A program made the position numbers and the translations under genes. The notes below the pieces were generated by a model. The model did no database searches. It had not been told where the DNA came from and was given only the letters and a program-made list of their open reading frames with translations. 64,000 nt of DNA from assembly GCA_041753055.1 (NCBI GenBank), contig JBGSVH010000021.1:42-64041 (forward strand), in the 5' to 3' direction. Positions 1 through 8,900 of this stretch are shown piece by piece. Source of the stretch: Parvularculaceae bacterium (GTDB lineage: Bacteria > Pseudomonadota > Alphaproteobacteria > Caulobacterales > Parvularculaceae). Within the stretch, counting starts at the first letter, position 1. Each line of letters opens with the position of its first letter.

Positions 1-29
1 CTGTTCAAGTCAAAACTGTCGTTCGCCAT
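1..29 (-). CDS. 5' end of a gene running off the left edge (MANDSFDLN...), product unknown
   Basis: ATG at 29 on the minus strand with a GGGAGA Shine-Dalgarno at 36-41; divergent from the NAT gene. Confidence 0.45.
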
Positions 30-122
30 CTCTTTTCTCCCGCTCGTTGCTCGCCGATCCTGTCGAAAAGAATCGCCTTGTGCTACGCCCCCGCCACGGA
101 CCCTACGGCAAAAGGCTCAGTG

Positions 123-935
123 ATGAAACTCGACCGCTATCTTCAACGCATCAATTATCGCGGGCCCATCAGGGCGGACACGGAAACGCTCGCGGTGCTG
201 CAGCGCGCCCACATCCTCGCGCTGACTTTTGAAAACCTCGACGTTCAGTTGCGGCGGCCGCTGTCGACCCGCGCCGAGGAGGCCTATGACAAGATCGTCC
301 GGCGCGGGCGCGGCGGCTGGTGCTATGAAATGAATGGACTGTTCGGCTGGGCGCTCGCCGAGATCGGATTTGACGTGACGCGCCTTGGCGCCGGCGTCAT
401 GCGCGAAACATCGGGCGATACTGCGCTCGGCAATCATCTCTGTCTGCTTGTCCAGTGCGACGGCGCCAAATTCGTTGATGTCGGCTTTGGCGGAAGCCTC
501 ACAAAAATCCTCGCGCTGACGGAGGCTGACCTGTCAGATGATCCCTACAGAATATCCCTCAACAGGGTCGACAAGGAATTCTGGCGTTTTACCGAAGACG
601 CTGGCGCTGGCCCTTTCAGTTTCGATTTCCGCACCGATCCCGCCGACGAGGCGCTCTTGTCCGCCAAGTGCCAGTTCCTGCAGAACGATCCCTCGTCCCC
701 GTTTGTCGCCAACCTCGTCGCCCAACGCCGCCGGCCAAACGAGCATCTGGCGCTTCGCGGGCGCGTCCTGACCAGAACCGGAAAGAGCGGCCGCGAGACG
801 ACGCTGATTGAAGACGCCGATGCGCTCGCGGCCTGTGTCAAATCGACATTCGAGCTTGACGTTCCGGAGATCAAAAGCTTGTGGCCTGAGATCTGTCGGC
901 GCCATGATGAGGTCTTTGCGGGCCGGGCGCCCTGA
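123..935 (+). CDS. Arylamine N-acetyltransferase family protein
   Basis: YLQRI start, FENLD, RGGWCYE (Cys), GNH (His), VDVGFG (Asp): the NAT Cys-His-Asp triad. ATG at 123 preferred over the ORF start at 78. Confidence 0.92.
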   Translation: MKLDRYLQRINYRGPIRADTETLAVLQRAHILALTFENLDVQLRRPLSTRAEEAYDKIVRRGRGGWCYEMNGLFGWALAEIGFDVTRLGAGVMRETSGDTALGNHLCLLVQCDGAKFVDVGFGGSLTKILALTEADLSDDPYRISLNRVDKEFWRFTEDAGAGPFSFDFRTDPADEALLSAKCQFLQNDPSSPFVANLVAQRRRPNEHLALRGRVLTRTGKSGRETTLIEDADALAACVKSTFELDVPEIKSLWPEICRRHDEVFAGRAP

Positions 936-1071
936 CCCTTTTCGGCGAAGGCGCAAGCGGGACCGCATACGGGCGGTTGCAAAGGCTGCGCCGAACGCCA
1001 AATCGACGCATTCGGTTGCAATATGCGCCCTTACGGAAGATCCTTGAAGCCAACGGGGATTGGGGATCGAA

Positions 1072-1551
1072 ATGCGATTGGCCTTGGCCATCATTGCCTG
1101 TTTTGGACTTGTCGTCAGCGCCGCTGCCGACGATGCCGGAACGCCCAAAAATTTGACCAGGGCGCCGCAAGGGGCGTTCGCCGATCACACGATAGCGACA
1201 TCGGTCGAATCGCCGAACTTCCAGTGTCACAAGGACCATGCCGGGCTCAACCTCGGACCCGCAGAGCCGCTCGACGTCGCCAACGCCCGCATCGCTGCGG
1301 CGATCGACGCGGGCGGCAGTCTTGTTCTTGTTGCCGTCAAGGGTCTTGAATGCGCTTTTTGCGCCGCGGCGATCGAGGAGGCGTTCGCCGACCGTAATGA
1401 AGTCGCCGCCGCTTTCGTCAACATCCGCGCGCAAACGATTTCAATCGTTGTCAGGAACGGCGAAGGCATCAGCGACAAGACAATCCGCAAGATCATCAAG
1501 CGCCGCGGGATCGACGTCGTCGCCATCGACCGCAACGCGGCGTCCAATTAG
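1072..1551 (+). CDS. Exported protein with a C-terminal heavy-metal-associated (HMA)-like domain
   Basis: Signal peptide MRLALAIIACFGLVVSAAA; VKGLECAFCAAAIEEAF matches the HMA GxxCxxC motif; extra CHKDH. Confidence 0.65.
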   Translation: MRLALAIIACFGLVVSAAADDAGTPKNLTRAPQGAFADHTIATSVESPNFQCHKDHAGLNLGPAEPLDVANARIAAAIDAGGSLVLVAVKGLECAFCAAAIEEAFADRNEVAAAFVNIRAQTISIVVRNGEGISDKTIRKIIKRRGIDVVAIDRNAASN

Positions 1552-2861
1552 GCGGCCGTGACCGACGCTTTCGTCGCCTCCGCGAAAATGGCGAGGCCTT
1601 CGTCGAGCATCTTGTCGGAGATCGTCAGCGGCACCAGGCAGCGCAGGCATTGCGCATAGGCGCCCGCCGTCGTCATGATGAGGCCGCGATCGCGCGCTTC
1701 GGCTTGAATCTTCGCGGCAAGATCGCCATTCGGCTTCATCGGATCGCCGTCCTTCACACATTCAACCGCGATCATGCCGCCAACCTGACGCACGTCGCCG
1801 AAATGCCCCTTGGCGACGCCGTTTTGCAGCGCGCGCCAGCTGGCCGCGACTTTGGCGCCGATTTCGTTGGCGCGCTGCAGGAGGTTTTCTTCTTCGAAAA
1901 CATCAAGCACCGCGAGCGCCGCGGCGCAGGCGACCGGATTGCCGCCATAGGTCGACCCCATGCCGCCCGCAGCAATCTTGTCCATCAACTCCGCCTTGCC
2001 GACCAGCGCCGACAACGGCAACCCTGCAGCAATCGATTTTGCGACACACAATAGATCAGGTTCGACGCCCGCATGTTCGAAGGCGAACATCTTGCCTGTG
2101 CGCCCCATGCCCGACTGAATTTCGTCGGCGATGAGGATAATGCCATGCTGATCGGCGATTTTCCTGAGATGCTGCAGGAACTCCGCGGGTGCTGCGTTGA
2201 AACCGCCCTCGCCTTGCACCGGCTCGACGATGATCGCGGCAACCTCTTCCGCCGGGATCGACATCTTGAAAATCTGGTCGAGGTGACGGACGCAGGATTC
2301 TACCGAAACGCCATGATAAACGTCAGGATACGGAGAGTGAAAGATCGCGGGCACGAGCGGCCCAAACCCGATCTTGTAGGGTTTGGCCTTGCCGGTCAGC
2401 GTCGTTGCAAGAAGCGTCCGGCCATGGAAGGCGCCTTCAAAAGCGATGACCCCCGGACGGCCGGTGATGCGCCGCGCAAATTTGACCGCGTTTTCGACCG
2501 CCTCGGCGCCGGAGTTAAAGAGCGCGGTCTTTTTCTTGGACGGACCCGGGGCCAGCTTGTTCAGCCGCTCGGCGAGTTCGACATAGACCTCGTATTGCGC
2601 AATGCCGAAGCTGGTATGGATGAACTCTTCCGCCTGTTTCTTGATCGCGGCGACAACCTTCGGGTGGCGGTGCCCGGCGTTTAAAACGCCAATACCGCCG
2701 ATGAAATCTATGTAACGTTTGCCTTCCACGTCCCAAAGCTCGGCGTTTTGCGCCTTTGCAACATAAACCCCTGATTTTGAAGGCAAACCAACCGGTAGCG
2801 CGTCGTCACGACGGGCCTTTAGGGAGGCGTTGGTGGTGAATTCGTTCTTGCCGTGATCCAT
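1548..2861 (-). CDS. gabT: 4-aminobutyrate--2-oxoglutarate transaminase (class III PLP aminotransferase)
   Basis: YIDFIGGIGVLNAGH, FNSGAEAVENAVK, FHGRT, EPVQGEGG, DEIQSGMGRTG, AKSIAAG (PLP Lys), GSTYGGNP. Confidence 0.88.
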   Translation of the reverse strand: MDHGKNEFTTNASLKARRDDALPVGLPSKSGVYVAKAQNAELWDVEGKRYIDFIGGIGVLNAGHRHPKVVAAIKKQAEEFIHTSFGIAQYEVYVELAERLNKLAPGPSKKKTALFNSGAEAVENAVKFARRITGRPGVIAFEGAFHGRTLLATTLTGKAKPYKIGFGPLVPAIFHSPYPDVYHGVSVESCVRHLDQIFKMSIPAEEVAAIIVEPVQGEGGFNAAPAEFLQHLRKIADQHGIILIADEIQSGMGRTGKMFAFEHAGVEPDLLCVAKSIAAGLPLSALVGKAELMDKIAAGGMGSTYGGNPVACAAALAVLDVFEEENLLQRANEIGAKVAASWRALQNGVAKGHFGDVRQVGGMIAVECVKDGDPMKPNGDLAAKIQAEARDRGLIMTTAGAYAQCLRCLVPLTISDKMLDEGLAIFAEATKASVTAA

Positions 2862-3110
2862 CGGTTTCCACCCTGATTATGTTGGAACTACTGGGGTTTT
2901 GGCGCGGCTTACCACGTTCTTGAAGGGTTTACAGGGGGCGCGACGAAAAGGCATGGGGGTCAGGCGCGCGCCGCTCTTGCCAGATTCGCCGTTCACGTGT
3001 GTAATCAACCCGTCGCGTTTCATCGTAGGTGTACTAATTCGGCGACCGATGCTGGCCGTTTCGACCACGCGTTCCGAGCAGGCTGGCAAGATCGTGCAGG
3101 AGTTGACCCG

Positions 3111-3305
3111 GTGACAGACGACGTCATTGCGAAGAATATCATGAAATTCGTGCGCCAGCTCGATGGGGCTGACAGCGATGAGCTTGTCCTCAAATCGGCG
3201 ATTAAACGGCGCTGGCTCGATCGCCACGGCCTGCCAACAGCGAACGGCCGCGACTTGATCAAATCATTTGACGATCTGCAAAAGATTGGACGGCCGACGG
3301 CTTAG
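3111..3305 (+). CDS. Small hypothetical protein (64 aa)
   Basis: AGGAG SD at 3098-3102, 8 nt before GTG 3111; codon usage resembles neighbouring genes; fills an otherwise empty gap. Confidence 0.6.
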   Translation: MTDDVIAKNIMKFVRQLDGADSDELVLKSAIKRRWLDRHGLPTANGRDLIKSFDDLQKIGRPTA

Positions 3306-3426
3306 CGCGCGCACGAATCACTCATCTGAATCGCCAGCGATTGCACAATCTTCTTTTTGCGATGCCGACTGAAGCCGTTATGAAACTGCGGCTGACCCAA
3401 CCGGTCACATTTGAAAGACGTTTCAA

Positions 3427-5076
3427 TTGAATGCCGTCGATCGCCAGGTCCCGCCGGGACGCGCCGGAGTCGCGATACTTGAACCCGCGCCGCAGATTGC
3501 CTCGTTGCTTGCATTCTTGGCCGGCGCGGCAACCATCATTTCAGCCGCCAACCCAAGCAACCACCCACGCGCGGTTGACGCAATATCGCTGATTGCGGTC
3601 GAGGCGCCGAGTATCATCGCCGCGCTGATCGGCGTCGCACAGATGGCGCTTGCAGACGGGCTGCGCCGGCGCGTCGACGCATCGATGTGGTCAGCGGCTA
3701 CCTTGTCGCTCGCTGCCGCCGGGTATTTCGTGTTGCATCACGAACGCTATGTCGACGCCGGACTGCAGCTTGCGTTCGTCGCTTTTCTGATTTCGATTCG
3801 CCATTCGTTTTACCGGCGCGCGCGCGCCTTTTCGCTGACGATGCCGCCGGTCTGGTTTTTCGCCGCCGGCGCAACGTTACTGGTTGCAACGATTGCCGCC
3901 GTCTTGTGGGCGGCGACGCATCCCGCCTTTCGTACGGCGCCGTGGTGGTCGCTGTTTGTCGACCCGATTATCGGCCGGGCCGGCCGGCCGGTCGCGGTTG
4001 GCGGCGTTGCGCTCGGCGTTGTCGCATTCTGGCGATATTTCGCGACCTTTCACCGGCCTGCGCCGCCCGCGCCTGGACCGGACGAATTCTCAAGAGCGGA
4101 ATTGGCTTTTGGCGCCGCCGTCGATCCGCGCCCCGAAGCGATATTGTGCCTGACCGGCGATCACGCGCTGATGTTTTCGCCGAGCGGCCGCAGCTTCATC
4201 GGCTACGCCGTCTATGGGTCAAGCATGATCGCGCTCGGGGGCCCAACGGGCGCTCCCGAAGAACGGCGCGCGCTATTGTCAGCCTTTTGTGACGAGGCGG
4301 ACAGGGTCGGCAGAACGCCGGTCATTTATGCAGCGCCCGTCAGCCTGTTACCCGATCTTCTCGACCTCGGTTTCAAGGTCGAGAAAATCGGCGAGAACGC
4401 GGTCGTTTCGCTGGAGCACTTCTCGCTGGCGGGAAAGGCGCGGGAATCGATCCGTTACGCAAACCGGAAATTGACGCAGCGCGACGGCGCAAAATTCGAA
4501 ATGCATCTGCCCCCGCACAGCGCCGACCTCCTTGCAAGATTGAAGCCTGTTTCCGACGCCTGGCTTGCGCTTCACAAGACCAGCGAAAAGCGGTTTTCTC
4601 TTGGCCGGTTCGAAGCGTCGCTGCTTGATCGCTGCCCGGTCGCCGAAACCACGATCAACGGTCAGACGGTCGCCTTCGGCACATTGCTGACGACATCGGA
4701 CAAGACATGGGCGGCGCTTGATCTGATGCGTTACGATCCGGCGCTGTCGCCGCCATCGACCATGGATTTCCTATTGTCCGAAATGATGTTGTGGGCAAAA
4801 GATGCGGCCTTTGCAAAGGTCGACCTGTCGATGGCGCCCCTGTCCGGCCTCGCGGAAGAACGCCACGCGCCGCTATTCGCGCGCTTCGGCCGCCTCATCT
4901 ACGAACAGGGCGGGCGCTGGTACAATTTCGAGGGACTGCGGAAATTCAAGGAGAAATTCAGACCCGACTGGGAGCCGCGTTATCTCGCGGCGCGCGGAGC
5001 ATTTTCGCTTCCCGTGGCGCTTGCTGAAATCGCGATGCTGACCAATTCAGCGCCTGCGGAACAACGGGGCAGCTAG
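3427..5076 (+). CDS. Aminoacyl-phosphatidylglycerol synthase (MprF/LpiA-like, DUF2156 domain) with about 6 TM helices and no N-terminal flippase block
   Basis: SEKRFSLGRF, DLMRYDP, MDFL, LSMAPLSG, YNFEGLRKFKEKFRPDWEPRYLA. Confidence 0.85.
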   Translation: MNAVDRQVPPGRAGVAILEPAPQIASLLAFLAGAATIISAANPSNHPRAVDAISLIAVEAPSIIAALIGVAQMALADGLRRRVDASMWSAATLSLAAAGYFVLHHERYVDAGLQLAFVAFLISIRHSFYRRARAFSLTMPPVWFFAAGATLLVATIAAVLWAATHPAFRTAPWWSLFVDPIIGRAGRPVAVGGVALGVVAFWRYFATFHRPAPPAPGPDEFSRAELAFGAAVDPRPEAILCLTGDHALMFSPSGRSFIGYAVYGSSMIALGGPTGAPEERRALLSAFCDEADRVGRTPVIYAAPVSLLPDLLDLGFKVEKIGENAVVSLEHFSLAGKARESIRYANRKLTQRDGAKFEMHLPPHSADLLARLKPVSDAWLALHKTSEKRFSLGRFEASLLDRCPVAETTINGQTVAFGTLLTTSDKTWAALDLMRYDPALSPPSTMDFLLSEMMLWAKDAAFAKVDLSMAPLSGLAEERHAPLFARFGRLIYEQGGRWYNFEGLRKFKEKFRPDWEPRYLAARGAFSLPVALAEIAMLTNSAPAEQRGS

Positions 5077-6728
5077 CGCTTTCGCAACCCCTCAATCGTC
5101 CGCCCCGGCGCAATTTCGTTCGCTGAAGTCTTGAGATCAATGACGGCCGGGAGACCGCTCGCTTTCGCTTCTGCAAACACCGCCGGAAAATCCTCCGTCC
5201 GGGTCACCGTTGCGCCAAAGGCGCCAAAAGATCGCGCATAGGCGGCGAAATCCGGATTGACGAGGTCGGTGCCGGAAACGCGCGCGGGGTATTCAAGTTC
5301 TTGATGCATGCGGATCGTGCCGTAGGTTGAGTTGTTCGAAACCAGCGTGATGACGTTGAGCTTGTACTGAACGGCAGTCGCCAGTTCGCTCGACGCCATC
5401 ATGAAGCAGCCATCGCCCGCCGCGCAAATAACATCGCGCTGCGGGTAAACCGCCTTTGCCGCGATCGCGGCTGGAAATCCATATCCCATCGCGCCCGATG
5501 TCGGCGCAAGTTGCGTCTTGAATTCCTTGTGCCGGTAAAAGCGATGCAGCCAGACGGCGTAATTTCCCGCGCCATTGCACATGATCGCGTCCACCGGAAG
5601 ATTCTTGTCGAGCCAGGAGAAGACTTCAGAGAGATTGACGCCGTCAGCGACTTTGAGCGGTTTTGAAAACGTTTCGAAGTCCGAATGCGCTTCATAGGCC
5701 TGCTGCAGCCAATTTTCGTCAAGCGTCCATGGTTCTGCGGCCAGCGCGCGCGCCATGGTTTCCGGCGCCGCGTTGATTGCAAGGACCGGCGTGTAGACGC
5801 GGCCAAGTTCCTCTGCACCCGGATGAATGTGAATGAGTGGCTGATCAGCGAGCGGCGCCTTTAACAACCGGTAGCCGCCGGTTGTCGTTTCACCAAGGCG
5901 GGGACCGAATGCGATCACTAGATCGGCGGCTTTTATCCGATTGACGAGTTTTGGATCGGGAGTAATGCCGACATCGCCGGCATATTGCGGGTGAAGATTG
6001 TCAAAGAGGTCCTTTGACCGGTTCGAGGCGCCAACCGCAAGACCGGTCGCCTCAACAAAGATCTTAAGATCGTTGACCGCATGCGCGGTCCACCCCCCGC
6101 CGCCGACAAGGAGGAACGGGCGTTCCGCCCCGCCCAAATGTTCGCGCAGCAATTCAAGCGCGCGTTCATCCGGAGCCGCCATCGCAACCGGCGCCGGCGG
6201 GAGCGGCTCGGCATCGACCTCTTCCGTCAGCATGTCTTCAGGCAGCGCCAACACCACGGGGCCGCGGCGGCCATTCTGCGCTGTCGCAAAAGCGCGGTTC
6301 ACATATTCGCCAGCGCGCGATGCAACATCGATCTCGCCGGCCCATTTGGCAACAGGGCCGAACATCTGGCGATACTCAATTTCCTGAAACGCCTCGCGAT
6401 CGAGCATGTCACGCTCCACCTGACCGATGAACATGATCATCGGCGTTGAATCCTGGAAGGCGGTGTGAACGCCGACCGACCCTTGCGTCGCGCCGGGCCC
6501 GCGCGTGACCATCACGATCCCCGGCCTTCCGGTCAGCTTGCCATAGGCCTCGGCCATGTTCGACGCCGAGGCTTCATGCCGACAGACGATCAGCTTGATC
6601 CGGTCGCGGACATCATAGAGCGCATCAAGGACGGCGAGATAACTCTCTCCCGGTACGCAGAAAACATGCGTGACGCCGTTCATTACAAGCGCGTCGACAA
6701 GGTGGCGGGCGGCAGTCTTTTTTGTCAT
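5073..6728 (-). CDS. Thiamine-diphosphate-dependent enzyme (acetolactate synthase-like family)
   Basis: FCVPGES, CRHE, TRGPGATQ, SGAMGYG, GDGCFMM...NN TPP motif; AGGGAG SD. Confidence 0.88.
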   Translation of the reverse strand: MTKKTAARHLVDALVMNGVTHVFCVPGESYLAVLDALYDVRDRIKLIVCRHEASASNMAEAYGKLTGRPGIVMVTRGPGATQGSVGVHTAFQDSTPMIMFIGQVERDMLDREAFQEIEYRQMFGPVAKWAGEIDVASRAGEYVNRAFATAQNGRRGPVVLALPEDMLTEEVDAEPLPPAPVAMAAPDERALELLREHLGGAERPFLLVGGGGWTAHAVNDLKIFVEATGLAVGASNRSKDLFDNLHPQYAGDVGITPDPKLVNRIKAADLVIAFGPRLGETTTGGYRLLKAPLADQPLIHIHPGAEELGRVYTPVLAINAAPETMARALAAEPWTLDENWLQQAYEAHSDFETFSKPLKVADGVNLSEVFSWLDKNLPVDAIMCNGAGNYAVWLHRFYRHKEFKTQLAPTSGAMGYGFPAAIAAKAVYPQRDVICAAGDGCFMMASSELATAVQYKLNVITLVSNNSTYGTIRMHQELEYPARVSGTDLVNPDFAAYARSFGAFGATVTRTEDFPAVFAEAKASGLPAVIDLKTSANEIAPGRTIEGLRKR

Positions 6729-6974
6729 GGACTCCCTTATGCGACGGCGGCCCTCTTGGGGTCAATCAGTTGGCCATTATCAAGCGTTCGGGTGCGACCG
6801 CAGGATTTTCGGATTGTGCAACTGCATCGCGGTAATCAGCGCGACGCCAGCCCCCACCCGCGAAAACCCCAATGAAGGTCCTCAGCCGGCGGTGCGGCGG
6901 ATTGGCGTAGTTAGTTTCGTCAGACCGACATTGGCGTTTCCCGCCGCCAGCGTTTTCCCGGAAAAACTGACCTC

Positions 6975-7009
6975 AAAAAAAGCCCGGCCGCTTTGCACAC
7001 GCGCCGGGC
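6975..7009 (-). terminator. Rho-independent terminator of the flagellin-flaG transcript
   Basis: GCCCGGC/GCCGGGC stem followed by 7 T on the minus strand, just after the flaG stop. Confidence 0.75.
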
Positions 7010-7030
7010 AGTAGGGAGGTTCCGTGAAAG

Positions 7031-7411
7031 TCAGGCGACGCGGTCGAGCATAAGTCCCGCATCAATATCTGTCCGGACATCTTCGCGAACGCCGCGGACG
7101 AGTTCAATAAATGTGTCCTGCGGCCATTCGTTAACGATCTCGCCGGTGTCGATGTCGATCGCGCGATAGACAAAGTCCAGCGACGTTTCGGATCGCGTGA
7201 TTGACAATCTGGTGTTGGCCCCGAGGACACGCGCCACAGCCTCGCGAATTTGCGCAAGTTGCTCGGCGGCGCGCGCCTTGCTGTCTTCCGCGCGCGCGAC
7301 TTGTTCGGCGGAGAGATCCTGCCGCTTTTGCGCGAGCGCCCGGTTTCGCTCTTCCCCCGCATGATTTGGCGGGAGGGCGGACGGCGCACTGGTCAATTTT
7401 CCCACTTCCAT
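7031..7411 (-). CDS. flaG: FlaG family flagellar protein
   Basis: RLSITRSETSLDFVYRAIDIDTGEIVNEWPQD matches the FlaG C-terminal pattern; directly downstream of flagellin. Confidence 0.75.
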   Translation of the reverse strand: MEVGKLTSAPSALPPNHAGEERNRALAQKRQDLSAEQVARAEDSKARAAEQLAQIREAVARVLGANTRLSITRSETSLDFVYRAIDIDTGEIVNEWPQDTFIELVRGVREDVRTDIDAGLMLDRVA

Positions 7412-7463
7412 CTTTCCCTGCCCGCCGCCGCATCTTTTAGATGCGGCGGCTTCAAGGTTTCGC

Positions 7464-8291
7464 TTAAGCGAACAACGCGAGGATCGCGTTGGGCGCAGCG
7501 TTGGCGATTGACAACGTCTGGATCGCGAGCTGTTGTTGCACCTGCAGCGCTTGCAGGCGGGAGCTTTCCTTCGCGAGATCGGCGTCGGTCAGATTGCCAA
7601 TTGAGATTTCAAGCGCGTCTGCAATGCGAGTCAGAAGCTTTCCCTGAAGACCAAGCGAATTCGAGCCAGCGCCAAGATTAGCAAGTGCGCTCGTCAGATT
7701 GTCGATCGTCGTATCAATGTCCGCAAGTTCTGTCGCCGCCCCGCCTGCGGTCGAAAGATCGCCGCCGGTCCTATCGATCGTCAGCACCGAAGTGTTGGTC
7801 AGATTGTAACCGTTGATGACAATCGTCGACGAACCGTCTGTACTGGCGTTGACGGTCAATGTGGCGGTCGTGCCGTCAAGAAGATTGCGGCCGCCAATTG
7901 TCGCGCTGTCGATCATGCGGTTAATCTGGTCGCCGAGAGCGGAGTACTGACTTTGAAGTAGCGCCCTCTCCGACGCGCCAAGCGAGGTGTCCGCAGCCTG
8001 CGAAGCAATTGAGCGCATCTGCACAAGGATATCGGAAATGCCCTCGCCGGCGGCGACCGCCACATCTACCGCCGAGGAGCCGATCCGCAGACCTTGCTGC
8101 ACGGACTCGATTGAACCGAGTTCGGCGCGCTGTTTTTGCGCCAGCGCGTAAAGCGCGGGATTATCCTTTGCGCTTGATACATTTTTGCCGGTCGAAACGC
8201 GGCGCTGAACATCATTCAGCTGATCGGAAATGCGGTTGAGATTTTGAAGGGCGACGAGCGCGCCCGGATTCGTCGTGACATTGTTGACCAT
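7464..8291 (-). CDS. fliC: Flagellin (275 aa, short variable region)
   Basis: N-term VTTNPGALVALQNL...RVSTGKNVSSAKDN; C-term LTDADLAKESSRLQALQVQQQLAIQTLSIANAAP. Confidence 0.97.
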   Translation of the reverse strand: MVNNVTTNPGALVALQNLNRISDQLNDVQRRVSTGKNVSSAKDNPALYALAQKQRAELGSIESVQQGLRIGSSAVDVAVAAGEGISDILVQMRSIASQAADTSLGASERALLQSQYSALGDQINRMIDSATIGGRNLLDGTTATLTVNASTDGSSTIVINGYNLTNTSVLTIDRTGGDLSTAGGAATELADIDTTIDNLTSALANLGAGSNSLGLQGKLLTRIADALEISIGNLTDADLAKESSRLQALQVQQQLAIQTLSIANAAPNAILALFA

Positions 8292-8375
8292 CGACGGTCT
8301 CCCTTTCTGGGTTCAAGAGCGATTTTTCGCTCCCCCGGCATAGCGCTTTGCGCATGACACCGGCGTGAAGTAACG

Positions 8376-8391
8376 AGCAAGTAATCTGCCG
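8376..8391 (-). promoter_or_regulatory. Sigma54 (-24/-12) promoter of flagellin
   Basis: Minus strand CGGCAGATTACTTGCT = GG-N10-GC, about 85 nt upstream of the flagellin ATG. Confidence 0.8.
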
Positions 8392-8477
8392 TTTTAGGGT
8401 CTGTTTACCGGGGTTAACTCCGGGCCCGGGCGCCGCATTGCTTCGCCATCCGGCAAGTAAGCCTAATCATTCGTAAA

Positions 8478-8531
8478 CAGAATTTGCCGCTGGCCTGGCA
8501 AAACTTGCCCGGCAAAAAATGCCGGCCGGCA
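8478..8531. promoter_or_regulatory. Cluster of ftr-like enhancer sites (FlbD-type sigma54 activator)
   Basis: CTGGCAAAACTTGCC (8495-8509), dyad CGGCA-AAAAA-TGCCG (8510-8524), half sites at 8478-8489 and 8527; 100-140 bp upstream of the sigma54 site, as for Caulobacter ftr elements. Confidence 0.65.
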
Positions 8532-8537
8532 GAAAAG

Positions 8538-8900
8538 TCACGCTGCGGGGCGGCGCCCTGCAAGGCCATCCATGATAATCCGGTTGACGTCGATCAGCGG
8601 CTCGACGCTTTCCTTCTTCTGCATCACGTCGCTCGAATAGAGCGAGACCCAGCGCGCGAGAGAGATGATCAAGGCGCGCGTTTCGCTCGGCAGTTCATTA
8701 GCGGCGTCTGCGCAATCGGAAGCAAGAACGCCCCACAATGTCCTATTGAGGTGCACGGCCTCAATGAGTTGCTTCAGGTCCGCCCTGCCGCTCTCTTTTG
8801 CTGACAACAACAGGCGCGTCGCCTCGGAAAAGGCGCGATATTCAGCGTCACGCGGATTGGCGGTCGATTTTTGCGCAGTGCGGTAAGCTTCATGCGACAT
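8538..8900 (-). CDS. flaF: Flagellar biosynthesis regulator FlaF
   Basis: RDAEYRAFSEATRLL, AVHLNRTLW, NELPSETRALIISLARWV, PLIDVNRIIMDGL; start at ATG 8900 (MSHEAY). Confidence 0.93.
   Translation of the reverse strand: MSHEAYRTAQKSTANPRDAEYRAFSEATRLLLSAKESGRADLKQLIEAVHLNRTLWGVLASDCADAANELPSETRALIISLARWVSLYSSDVMQKKESVEPLIDVNRIIMDGLAGRRPAA

Noticed and set aside
3083-3098. TGGCAAGATCGTGCA as a sigma54 site before the small ORF
   Set aside because: GG-N9-GC, one base short of the strict spacing, and too close to the SD.
6729-6970. TPP or other riboswitch in the 240-bp region upstream of the TPP enzyme
   Set aside because: No CUGAGA/TPP core, or glycine, SAM or cobalamin consensus, recognisable on the minus strand.
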